A stretch of DNA of 63,097 bases, the filler included, from Folioceros fuciformis (lineage: Eukaryota): NCBI GenBank assembly GCA_049999805.1. It is 11 parts of 11 records of this genome, joined end to end, with 100 filler letters (N's around TTAATTAATTAA, not from the genome) between each part and the next. Parts side by side here need not be neighbours in the genome. Positions count along the whole stretch, not along the records: positions 43,064 to 50,817 come from JBNGIO010004864.1; positions 50,918 to 52,401 come from JBNGIO010004865.1; positions 52,502 to 63,097 come from JBNGIO010004866.1; 8 more parts are not named here. One strand, given 5' to 3'. Below, in pieces: positions 48,034 to 58,989 of the stretch. Below the pieces are notes generated by a model. The model searched no databases, was not told where the DNA came from, and saw only the letters and a list, made by a program, of their open reading frames with translations. Numbering within the stretch: position 1 is the stretch's first letter; each line of letters starts with the position of its first letter. Made by a program: the position numbers and the translations under genes.

Positions 48034-50176
48034 ATGGCGGAGCTGGAGCTGCATGGGAGAGTTACGGCACTGACAATCATCTGCTGCCTCCTGATCATGA
48101 CCAACTCTGTCCACGGTGAGTTCAACTGAGTGTACATGAGATTCGCCTGAATTCGAACTCCTACCTTGGAATGTTGAGCTTATCTTAAACGTGACGTCCT
48201 TTGTGGTGTAGGTTGTGCCGTCAATATTATCAACTCTTGCTCCCACGAGATCACCTCGTGCACCCGATCTGGAAGCAGCCCCGTGCTGCGAAAGATCTTG
48301 CCTCCAGAAGGCTCCCAGAGCCTGAGCTTCGAGCTTACCGACTGCAAATTTCCTTCCGGAGGAATATGGGCATCTTCGACAGGGCAATGCGACGACGAAT
48401 CCACTTCCAACCTTGTGGAGTTCAACATTGGCGACGGCGTTGCTGACTTCTACGACCTGAGCAACGTGAGAGCCTACTCCATCGGTGTGCAGATCGTGCC
48501 GTCCACACCAAACTGCGGGGCACCCATCTGCTCCATCCCCAACATCACCTCCTTCTGCGCCGTCAGCAGCGTCAACCGCCTTCTCTTTCACAACGCGACC
48601 AGCAGCTCAGTAGGTCGTGAACCTTATGCCTGCATCAACACAGACGGCTCCGTCGGTCGTGCCACCAATGGCACCCTCGCGTTTAAGGCTGCCTGTCCCA
48701 CCTCTTACAGCTACTCCTTCGACGACAATGCCACCTTCACCTGCTCTAACGGCACCGACTACCAAGTCATCTTCTGCCCCATCCCCACCACCGTCATCTG
48801 CATCGGTACGTTTTTTTTTTCCACCTGCTTGTACGAGAGCTCAATTATGCCTCACCAATGATGCTCAAGGCCATATGGGGCTGTAGGAAGGACAGTATAC
48901 ATTCATTCATCCATTCATAGAAGCTTGCGCTTTTGCAACTTGCTCAATTGCAGGTTGCACAAGCGGTGGCGGTGGCATCCAGCTGTGGAAGATTGTGGCA
49001 GTGGCGGGGGCGTGTGTGGCGTTGTTGGTGGCAAGCGCTCTTGTTGTGGCCTGGCGGTGGAAGGTCTACTCCAGGAGGCACCAGCAGGACGTGGACCTGA
49101 TTGCGCAGCTGCAGGAGAGGGAGACAGCCACCGCGCTCATGTCACTCCGGGAGCTCCGCAAGGCCACGGCCAATTTCTCCGAGACCTGCCAGATCGGGGT
49201 GGGCGGGTTCGGGACCGTCTACAGGGGGCAACTCGAGGACGGCACTCCCGTGGCCATCAAGCGGAGCAAGCGGCAGTCGTCCCCGGAGCACAAGCACCAG
49301 TTCCTGACCGAGGTCAGGATCCTGACCAAGGTGCACCACCGCCACCTGGTGACGCTGCTGGGGTGCTGCCTGGAGAACAAGACGGCGCTCCTGGTGCTCG
49401 AGTACGTCCCCAACGGCACCCTCAAGGAGCACCTCCGCCCACCTAGACCCTCCGCCGGCCGCCACGTCCCTCTCACGTGGACGCAGCGCCTCCGGATCGC
49501 CATCCAGACGGCGGACGCGCTGGCGTACCTCCACGACGCCAGCAGCCCCCCCGTGTACCACCTGGACGTCAAGTCCGCCAACATTCTGCTGGACGACAGG
49601 GCAGACGCCAAGGTGGCGGACTTCGGGCTCTCCAGGCTGGCGCCGGGGCTGGACACCTCCCACGTCACCGCGCAGGAAGGGATGCCCGGGACGCTGGGCT
49701 ACATGGACCCCGAGGCCATGCTCAGCACGCACCTGTCGGGGAAGACGGACGTGTACGGCTTCGGGGTGGTCCTGCTGGAGCTCATCACCGCGCAGGCCGC
49801 CGTGGATGCGAGCAGAGGCGACGGGCCGGAGAGGAGCCTCGTGAGTTGGGCCACGGACCACATTTCCAGGGGGGAGTTGGACGAGATCGTGGATCCGGCT
49901 CTGCAGCAGCTGGGAGGGAGCTCCGGAATTGGGAGGCAAGCCATCTTTAGAGTTGGGGAATTGGCTGCCTCGTGCTTGCAATTCAACTCCAAAGCCAGGC
50001 CGACCATGCGAGAAGTGTGGAGTGCATTGCAGGCTATCTGGGACGAGTCGGAACAACCCCAAAGGTTAGACAACCTGGAAGCATTGCAACCAAGTCTGGT
50101 GCCCGTGGTGGTGGATTTTGAGCAGTCAGGTGGTGGCGGTGCATTCTCAGACTGGTCTTCACTCCAAGGAAGGTGA
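48034..50176 (+). CDS. Receptor-like kinase with a thaumatin (PR5)-like ectodomain, TM helix and non-RD Ser/Thr kinase, 3 exons
   Basis: Exons: 48034-48115, 48212-48805, 48954-50176, with two phase-1 GT-AG introns. Has a signal peptide, DFYDLS, FKAACPTSYSYSFDD, YQVIFCP, GVGGFG, VAIK, HLDVKSANILLD, DFG and GYMDPE. Confidence 0.92.
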
Positions 50177-50284
50177 TCTCTCCTAGTCTAACGGCTCCCA
50201 AAGCTATGGTCTGCACTTCAAACTGCGAATTGCAATGCCAGAATGATCCAGAAGGTCTAACCATGTGCCATCATGTTGGTTGAG

Positions 50285-50680
50285 CAACGTAATTGGAACA
50301 TAATCTGGCTGGACGAATGGCAGTCCCAGCACATCTGTAGGTTTTGCGTTACCAGCGTCCCATCGGGAGTGGACAAGAGACCAAAAGCCAAAGCTAGCTT
50401 CTCATCACGCCATTACCACCTGTAGTTCAACATCCTTCTCTTTGGCTTCAACAGAAGCCAGGTTTCCGACAGGCTCCGAGCAGACACAACCATAAGGGAA
50501 GATCAGCCTGCAATGGCATTGTGGACAACAAATCTTGAACCATGGTGAAGTGACCTGCACGGCCAAGAAGGTCTTCCATACAGACATAGTGCTCAAACTC
50601 CGGGGTGATGCCATGATCTCTTGTCATGGATTGGAAGCACTTGACGCCTCTATCCACCTCTCCAGCATGGCTGCAAGCTG
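50285..50680 (-). pseudogene. PPR-E-DYW remnant
   Basis: Reads ACSHAGEVDRG..HYVCMEDLLGRAG..LLGACR, then RDEKLALAFGLLSTPDGTLVTQNLQMCWDCH. Confidence 0.88.
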
Positions 50681-50817
50681 GTGAAGGATAAGGAGCTCGG
50701 GAGTAGACAGCGGTGCGCCTAGGGAACAACAGCGAGATAAGTGTGGGGGTGAAGGATAAGGAGCTCGGGAGTAGACAGCGGTGCGCCTAGGGAACAACAG
50801 CGAGATAAGTGTGGGGG
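50681..50817. repeat. Perfect 68-bp tandem repeat, two copies, running into a gap
   Basis: Units start at 50681 and 50749. Confidence 0.92.
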
Positions 50818-51585
50818 NNNNNNNNNNNNNNNNNNNNNNNNNNNNNNNNNNNNNNNNNNNNTTAATTAATTAANNNNNNNNNNNNNNNNNNNNNNNNNNN
50901 NNNNNNNNNNNNNNNNNTCGTGGAGTGCCTTCATGAAGTGCCGAACTCAAGCTTGAATGAGAAACGACGAGCTCATCGATTCCAACTCTTCTCGTTTGCG
51001 CACTTAATCTTCTCTGTTGACGATTAGAGAATGATCTTGAGTGACTTGACGTCAATTCGATGTTGCCAGGGTGGGTTTCTGCCGGTGGATTCCAGCCTTG
51101 ATCTTGCAACGTATGGAAGAGAGCATCCAGCCAGCTGTCGCCAAGAAAATGTTGTGATCTCGGTGAGGAAGAATGCCCGGTCCACTTGTCATTGCTGTTG
51201 CGATGTGAGCGTCCACGAATTCGATCCCGATCTTCAACACTTCGCCTTGTTGAAGCTTGAGAGCGGCGATGATTCCTTGCCATTTGAGAATTGGGAATCT
51301 GGTGTAGAAGAGAAGACTTGCAAAGGATGTCTTGTAGAGAAAGCACTGAAGGGAAAAAAAGCGTTTAGGGCTCCTTCTCCCCTACTTTCTCTTTTAAATG
51401 CCATTTGCTTATACCCCTTTAGATCCCACTCAAAACGGATAGGTTGAGTAGTCAAATAAACGAACAAGAATTGTTTCTAACGTTTGCATTTTGACTAAAC
51501 TATCATTCACACATCTAAATGTATGAACTACTCCATGATCTAAACATAATGCCTAGAAACCATGGAGATACCCCTAGAGCCTAGA

Positions 51586-51801
51586 GCTCTAATACCAAGT
51601 TGGAAGACTACATGCGAAAGCGTGTCTTCAAGCAAAGAATATGATTAAGAATTAATATAAAAGTACAATAGTTGTGCTTTTATAGGCATCACCCTAAAGG
51701 GTGTGACCTTTCACTAGCCTAGCTAATTAACCTTACACATAGTGTGCTAAGCTAACATGACTTAGGGTTACATAACTCTAGTGAACCCCTTCTAACTAAC
51801 A
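51586..51801 (-). mobile_element. PBS variant (51586-51597) and a 5' LTR of about 200 bp
   Basis: gctctaatacca differs by one base from the iMet PBS, and the right end reads ...ctaaca. Confidence 0.6.
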
Positions 51802-52401
51802 AGTGTAGGGAGTAGTCCCAAAGGAGTTTACGTGGATCCAGATGCTGTCGAGGACATGGAGTTGGCCCCAGGAAGAAGGTGACGGACATGATAGGTGTCC
51901 CGGAGGAGGCTAGGCTACCAGTGAGGGAGAGCCAAGAAGCTAGGTTGGAAGCTTTCATCACCTACGAGGAGGACCAAGAAGAAGCCTTGGAGGAGACACA
52001 TAGGATACAAGAGCAAAGGAAAACCCGCCACGATGGTAGGTTGAGGAAGAAGGAGGCCATCCTACAGGGTGATCTGGTGCTACTGTATGACAGTAGGTAC
52101 ATGGATTTCCCAGGTAAATTGAGGTTGAGGTGGATGGGTCCTTACAAGGTGAAGGAAGTGTTTGAGAATGGGTCTGTCCAGTTGAGGGTATTGGATGGTG
52201 ATTTGTTGCCAACTAGGGTCAATGGTTGGCAAGTCAAGAAGTACTATCAACCATGAGAGGGTTAGTTGTTTGCGAGGACGCAAACAGCTGAGAAGGGGGG
52301 CATGTGAACCTCCAAAGTTTGGGGTAGTGGTTTGTTTTGGTTGAAAAAGGGTTCATAGTGGTATGGTTTGGTTTTCTTTTTCTACTTCTTTTCCCTAATT
52401 T
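51802..52401 (+). mobile_element. Deleted copy of the Gypsy family: integrase C-terminus (stop 52256), PPT (52290-52300), 3' LTR from 52303
   Basis: Near-identical to the reverse complement of parts of 24221-27105. Reads GAGAAGGGGGG-CA-TGTGAACC at the LTR start. Confidence 0.93.
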
Positions 52402-52501
52402 NNNNNNNNNNNNNNNNNNNNNNNNNNNNNNNNNNNNNNNNNNNNTTAATTAATTAANNNNNNNNNNNNNNNNNNNNNNNNNNNNNNNNNNNNNNNNNNN
52501 N

Positions 52502-52632
52502 CCTCTACCCAATCGACTGTTGAAACCTTCTCTACCCAATTGACCTATGAAACCCCCTCTACCCAATCGACCACTAAAACCCCTTGTAGCAAATCGACCA
52601 CCGAAACCCCCTTCACCGAATCAACCATTGAA
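52502..52632. repeat. Degenerate tandem repeat of about 28 bp (ctctacccaatcgac...aaac)
   Basis: Four to five copies at a contig start. Confidence 0.7.
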
Positions 52633-53776
52633 TGAGGGCTCACTGTAAGGTTTTGTTTGTTACCACGTTTGTGATATAGAATTGCTTATATCCATTAGTG
52701 ACAAGCAACACCTAGATTTTAGGATTCAGTAATTGGCTAGGAAAGTTGTTGAACTCTTTTCTACAAAGTTAGCTTACGCGGGATTGAAAGTAAAGTTCTC
52801 CAAAATCAATCTAGGATTTGGTACCCTTCTTAGGAGGTGCTATCACTCATGTGACTAAAGGGCAATATTGCTTTCTTGCAAATCCTTTGGGTGTTGGACT
52901 TTATGATAAAGCCTCAACCGTTTATACAAGAGTTTGTAAATGCAACTTCCTCGTGTGGATTACCATCCCAAATTGGGGACCTCTCAGCGGCATGAGCAAA
53001 AATTGAAGAGCTTGGGTCTAACCATTTACTTGCAAGATTGCTTAGGGAGCATAGGACTAGACATGTGGATTGTCGTAAGTTAAAGCATTGGCAAGCAACG
53101 GTCCCTAAGAAACGGTATTCTTATTTCTTGTAATACAAAAATTATATTTCTCGTGATAGAGTCTTAACATGATAACTTTGGCAACAAAGACCCTAGAGTG
53201 TGTGATGCCATTATTCTAATATGCCAAAGATAAGGGTTGTTAGTATGTGTACAGCCAACCAGTAACGTATTCCTGTTTATTTGTCACCGGCTTTTGATTG
53301 AGGAATACGTTGCCCTTAAGTAATTTTTTCCCACAGCCATTCTTGTTAAGGAATTTTCCCACCATTGTGGGTTTTCCACTTTTTTTAAATAAGGTCTGCT
53401 TTCAATTTATTACTCGATCTTATAGATGAAGGGAATTTCCCATCTGAAGCCGTCTACAAGCTGGCTGTTGTAGATACAAATGTGATCCCGATTCACATCC
53501 CGTCGTTTGGAAGGTGGTGACATACGAGGAATGCTACTTGGCAGGGCATGTTGCTCACTTCTGACTAATCGTTCCATCAAACGTACAAGCTTCTCCGAAC
53601 CTCTACCCGTTGATGTGCTGCTTCTGTTGCTGTGTTGTGCGTGAGCTGTTTTTCTGTGGTAAGGTGTGATCAGTCACAGCTAGGCTTGGGCATGGGTGGT
53701 GCGCGGAACACATCTCTTTCGCTTCTATTCTCGCCTCTGCTGGATGTCGTAGCCTTACGAGATTCAAGAGGTTCGT

Positions 53777-55806
53777 ATGGACGCAGGGGTACCACCCGCA
53801 CGGTATCTCAGGCCGTGCACCACGATGGCAGTACAGGACAATTCCACTTATCTGAGGGATGTGAGGGCGATAGTCCCAGGCAAAACGAACGTTGGGTAAA
53901 GGTCCAGTCCTTATATGTCTTCCTCGGGAGCTGCAATTGGGTGTCCACCCCCAATCTCCATCTCGATCAGCAGACTGTGGATTGGCGTTGAACTTGTAGG
54001 CATCAGCTGAACACATTCCTGGATGCAGATGGGTAGGCACAGGAGTGATGGGACAAGCTATGTGTGGTCACGTGCAAGCAGCTGGCTACAATGTGACTGT
54101 TTTCAACCGAACAGCCAGGTGTGGTGTCAAGTTACAGCGCATCACTTGAAATGAGCAGGGTGAGATGTTTTGTCCTGAGATGCTTTAGTATTGCACACCA
54201 GGAAGGCTGACGTATTGGTCAGCAAAGGAGCAACTCCAGTGGACTCACCGAAAGTTGTGGCTGAGAGGAGTGACATCGTGTTCACCATTGTTGGGTACTG
54301 CAAGCTGGTCTCTAGTTGTGCAATGTGCAGAGACGTGCATTGCGACCATGTCTTACAGTTCTCTCAACTTATTGCTTCTGCAGCTACCCTTCAGATGTAC
54401 GAGATGTGATACTTGGAGAGAATGGCATTTTGCAAGGTCTTCGACCCGGTGGGATTGTGAGTACGCCGAATCTGGATCATGTTTTCGTAAGATCCTGTGC
54501 GTGTGAATATTTCATATGACCAGCAGCTTTCCCCAATAAAGGATTGGTAAATGCTGTGTTGTGGTTTCTAGATCGTGGATATGACAACAAGTGAACCTTC
54601 ACTTGCTCGTCAAATTTTTGCTGCAGCTCAAGAAAAGTAAGGGTTTCGCTGCAGTACAGTCTCGTTGCTGAAAAAGAGCGATGAGACCCTACTTCATCCG
54701 TCTTACTTGCGGATCTTTCTTGGAAGGGGGTGCGATGCAGTGGATGCACCAGTGTCTGGAGGGGACAAAGGAGCTACGGGAGGTACTTTGGCCATCATGG
54801 CTGGCGGCCGCCAGGAGACAGTGAGTATCTATGTCATCAATTTAGAAAAGGGTCATACACTGTTGCATGTGTGTATCTGTACATCTTGTGTGTCGGCTAC
54901 AGGTCAAAGCCCTGGGCCCACTCTTTCAATGTCTGGGCACACCTACATATCTAGGCCCAGCAGGATCAGGCCAGAGCTGCAAATTAGCAAATCAGGTGCT
55001 GGTGTTGAAGTTCCGTTTTTGATGCACATCATGGATTTGCGTTTTTCCTTGTTGGAAAGCCGTGTCTCATGAAGGCTATATGGAGACTGTTTCAGATAAC
55101 AATTGCTTCAACAATGGTGGGGCTGGTTGAGGTGTGTAACAGCCAACGAGATTTTCTCACTTTGAATAGTCCTCTGGATTTGTTGACCATTTGAGATAAC
55201 GGAGCGGAGAAACTGATGGTGCAGGGAATGCTATTTGCTCACAAGGCTGGACTTGATGTTACCACGTGAGTCCGTTATCTTCTTTACTTTCGGAAATGCA
55301 TTTCAGAGGATGCACCATAAATCAAGCATGGGGGTGCGGAGGCTATGCTGACAGGTATTTGCAAGCAATATCTGGTGGAGCTGCTGGTTCTAAGTCGTTG
55401 GAGCTGTACAGCGGACGAATTCAGAGTCGGGACTTTGCTCCAGGTGACTGGGCTGCGTGATTGATTTGCCTGTTTGCCTCTCCTACCTACTAGAAGTAGG
55501 AAGCTAACGCATTTCTTTGTGGCAGGCTTCTACGTAAAACACTTCGTGAAAGATTTGGGTATCTCCTTGGAAGAGTGCCGTCAAATGGGGATCTCACTAC
55601 CTGGGCTTGCCTTGGTTATTTTCTCACTCAGCACCCTCATTTCTTTCTTACAGTTGTCACATAGCAGATTGATTCTGAGCAAAGCTTGATTGCAGGCACA
55701 GCAGCTTTATGTGTCATTGCAAGCCTTTGGTGAGGGCGATCTGGGCACCCAAGCTCTTGTTCTATCTCTCGAACGTCTGAATAACACGACGCTGCCCAAA
55801 GTGTAG
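53777..55806 (+). CDS. 3-hydroxyisobutyrate dehydrogenase-like (beta-hydroxyacid dehydrogenase family), 12 exons
   Basis: Exons: 53777 (or 53825)-53895, 54029-54118, 54202-54294, 54384-54456, 54572-54636, 54727-54820, 54903-54995, 55096-55131, 55225-55265, 55355-55443, 55526-55614, 55696-55806. Motifs [21 protein letters not shown] and HFVKDLG. The start codon is uncertain. Confidence 0.93.
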
Positions 55807-56573
55807 GTAGTATTTTCACCTCCATCGCCGGCCGTAGTTAAAATTCCATGTCACCAGCAAACCCTAAGCCCTAACCACCGTCGACCTTCACTAAAATCTC
55901 CGCCTACAAACCTTAGAATGAGGGGCCTTTTTCCCATTTTGTGGTCCGGAAACTCTCCGGAAATTATTCTGAGTCTTTTTGCGGGGCTGGATTGAATTCT
56001 GTTTGATTATGGGAAGACTCCAGCAAGCCGTCACAAATTCTCTCCAAGAAGCTCTCGAGTGCTCAACGGATCCATAGAGACTGGACCCGTCTATTTTAGT
56101 ATTTCAGCTTCCTCAAACTAAGCCATTGGGTTGCGATCGACTCGTATTTTCTGCATTATTTCATATTAAGTTTTTCGTCGAAAAAGGTGTGACAAGCCAC
56201 CAAAGGTGACTAGGCCATTCAGGCTAGCCCCGTATGTCATTGAACCTAAACACTAACCACAGCACCCAAGATGTCATGGTTTGGGAGGTAGAAGGGTATG
56301 CGTACCATTAGAGTCACTGATGTAGCATGCCCTACCATTGTAGTCATCTTGTATATAACTTTACGTTAGCTAACTCCTACTGTCAGTAGTGTAATGAAAA
56401 CACCTTGGACAAAAGAAGGCTACAATACATGACAAGGGAAACCAAGCCTATTTTTCCTATTATGAATCACCTTAGCTGAAGTCTTTAGAAACTTGAAAAA
56501 TGCCTTACACACTGGCCCATGGGTCTTAATAGCAAGGGGGATAAAGATGTGTCTAATCTAGAGAGGGGTGTAT

Positions 56574-56713
56574 TAATGGATCTTAATTGATCTCTCCTCT
56601 CTACTGACCAACCTATGTAGTTGAGGACAATATGCTCGTAGACTAATGGATCTTAATTGTCCTCTCCTCTCTATTGACCAACCTAGATAGTTGAGGACAA
56701 TATGCTCGTAGAC
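56574..56713. repeat. 70-bp tandem duplication
   Basis: Units start at 56574 and 56644 with few mismatches. Confidence 0.9.
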
Positions 56714-57450
56714 AAAGATCTGTATGGGTCCGCAACAACCACATTCACAACATAAACATATCCTATGTAGGTGAGGAAAAGATTAGTTTGGAGAGAAACT
56801 TCATCTAGTATAGGGAATAGGCATTTTCTTGAAAGGTTGAAAATTGGCCTCTTTACCCAACGAAAACATGACATCATACACAACGTCATGTATAGCGATG
56901 CATTGTCTACCATTTAAGCAACAAGCAAAATTCTTTCCAAAGTTGTTGGGTGACACCCAACACTTGTAAGAGGAGAAGACCATGCCAGAAGTTAGCCCAC
57001 ATGAAAAAAAACATAGGGTAAAGGTAAGGGTCGACCTGAATACCCCCTAATCTAGACAAAAAGACTCCTCTACAATAAAATTTGAGACTTTTTTCGTGAA
57101 ATAGGGGTTTCGATGTCAAATGAAAGGTGTGGAAAGCCATGATGGTTGCCTAGAATACTGAAGCCAATGGCTTAGGACAAAGAGCCCTAGCATACTCCCT
57201 AACAAGACCAAGCAAAAGAATCCTCTAGAGAAGCCCCTTAGGAGAATCCCAATGAACCTCATATTCTATCTTAACAAGATGCAACCAACATCTAGTAGTG
57301 TAACCATATCCTCCTCACTCAAAACAACGCAAGCAAGAGGCCACCTCAAGTGGCCTGAAATACCACCCTTGAGGCATTAAAAACACCACCTTGCAAGAAA
57401 AAGGAACAAAATCCAAGTAGCTTCGCCTAGAGAATGAAATGCTAGCCACT
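56690..57450 (-). mobile_element. Remnant of a CRE-like non-LTR retrotransposon C-terminus (restriction-like endonuclease region)
   Basis: Fragments GRQCIAIHDVVYDVMF and SLQTNLFLT...VYVVNVVVADP recall the RHD...RxD...DVxVxDP motif series. Heavily decayed. Confidence 0.5.
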
Positions 57451-57648
57451 CCAATGAAAGTCGATAAGTCAACTGAACATTATCATGAGGGTGTTGTGGG
57501 AGGCCATATAATAGGTGTGGCCCTAAGAATTGCATATGAAATAATGTGAGGAGATGACTAGACTAAGGCTCTAACCATTAGAAGGGATTCTGTAGAAGGC
57601 ATATAAACTTTATACCCTCTTATTTAGAGAATGGATCAATCTGCACCG

Positions 57649-57755
57649 TGCCCTAATCATAATGATAGCTCTAACCATGGCGGCAACCCCGCTCCCTTTG
57701 CACAATGCCCTAATCATAATGATAGCTCTAAACATGGCGGCAACCCCACTTCCTC
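57649..57755. repeat. 57-bp tandem duplication
   Basis: tgccctaatcataatgatagctctaa.catggcggcaacccc occurs twice. Confidence 0.9.
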
Positions 57756-58221
57756 TGTACCCACCGGCCCTGTTACATGTTTTCACTCTATTCCTCTCAA
57801 CTCCACTTCATAAAGGCATTTTGTACCTACCTATGTATATATTATATCCTATTAAACTTCAATTTGTATTTACTTATGTATAGATTATATGTATACTTTA
57901 TAAAGCTTTGTACCTACTTATGTATACATTGTATGCCTACTCCATGGAGCTATGTAGCTACTTATACCTATATATAGGTAGTTATATAGGTAGCCTTTTG
58001 TTATTCCACATCATGGGTAGCCTTTTGTTATTCTTTTGTTATTCCACATCATGACATTTTGGGAGCAGTAATAGATTTTGAAAATGATATTCATAGGTAA
58101 GAGTTCCTTTTTTTTTTCTCCAATCTTTGGAGTAGATGGGACTTTCCATCTCTTTTTCAATCATGGAAAATACACTTCTTTGTTATGTATATATTTTATA
58201 TCTACTCTACGGAGGTTTGAA

Positions 58222-58223
<2 letters not shown>

Positions 58224-58252
<29 letters not shown>
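58224..58252. repeat. (TA)n microsatellite
   Basis: Seen directly in the sequence. Confidence 0.95.
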
Positions 58253-58257
<5 letters not shown>

Positions 58258-58989
58258 GCCTACCCCATGGAGCTTTATACCTATCTATGTATATATTATA
58301 TGCCTACTCAATACGTTTTCTTAAACAAGTTATTGTAATATAACTTTAAAAATGCCTTGATTTCAAGTAAACATAAGCACCCAAGCCCTTAAAAGCTTGG
58401 CCTCATGCTGTGTTGCACCAACTCTCCCAAATTCTCTTCTTCAAAGCACATCTCTTAGGCCGCTAACTATGTGGTATCATATTAGAGCTACACCACACAC
58501 CTAGGTTCTATTATCACTCTCTACTCCACCATCACTCTATGCTGCACTACTGTTGTATAATTAGTCATGAAAACAATCTAGAGATTGTCCTCATTTGTTT
58601 CATGCTATATTCATTATCTTATAATCATAATTAATCATCATAAATAATGATCTTACTCAGGATTTTGCAGAGAAATTATGACCTCTTGCACATAACTTCT
58701 CTCACCATGACCTAGACTCTTACCAAGACTTCTTCAATCTCTACCAAAACTCTTTAAACATGTACCAAGACTCCTTCATCCTCCATTAAAACTCTTCTCA
58801 GCTCAGCTAACACTAAATGTAAAGCATTAACAATGAACGAATTTGAAGACTTTATTGGACAAGTAGGGATATCTGTTGAACGGAAAAGTTTGGTAATCGG
58901 TCTTGGAAAGTCTAAGTTGGTTTCTTTTTGTTCAGAAGAATTCGAAGGGAGACATGTGGAAGGTAGGTTTATGGGCAAGCACTTGCCCA

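Noticed and set aside
49142-50062. 306-aa antisense ORF over the kinase
   Set aside because: It is explained by high GC3 suppressing stop codons on the opposite strand.
50918-51346. Arg/Ser-rich ORF as a host gene
   Set aside because: It has no recognisable domain and lies downstream of a PBS, so it is probably retroelement leader sequence.
3359-52501. Recurrent TTAATTAATTAA flanked by Ns, and ORFs ending in X...LIN
   Set aside because: These are artificial six-frame-stop contig linkers, so adjacency across them is not guaranteed.
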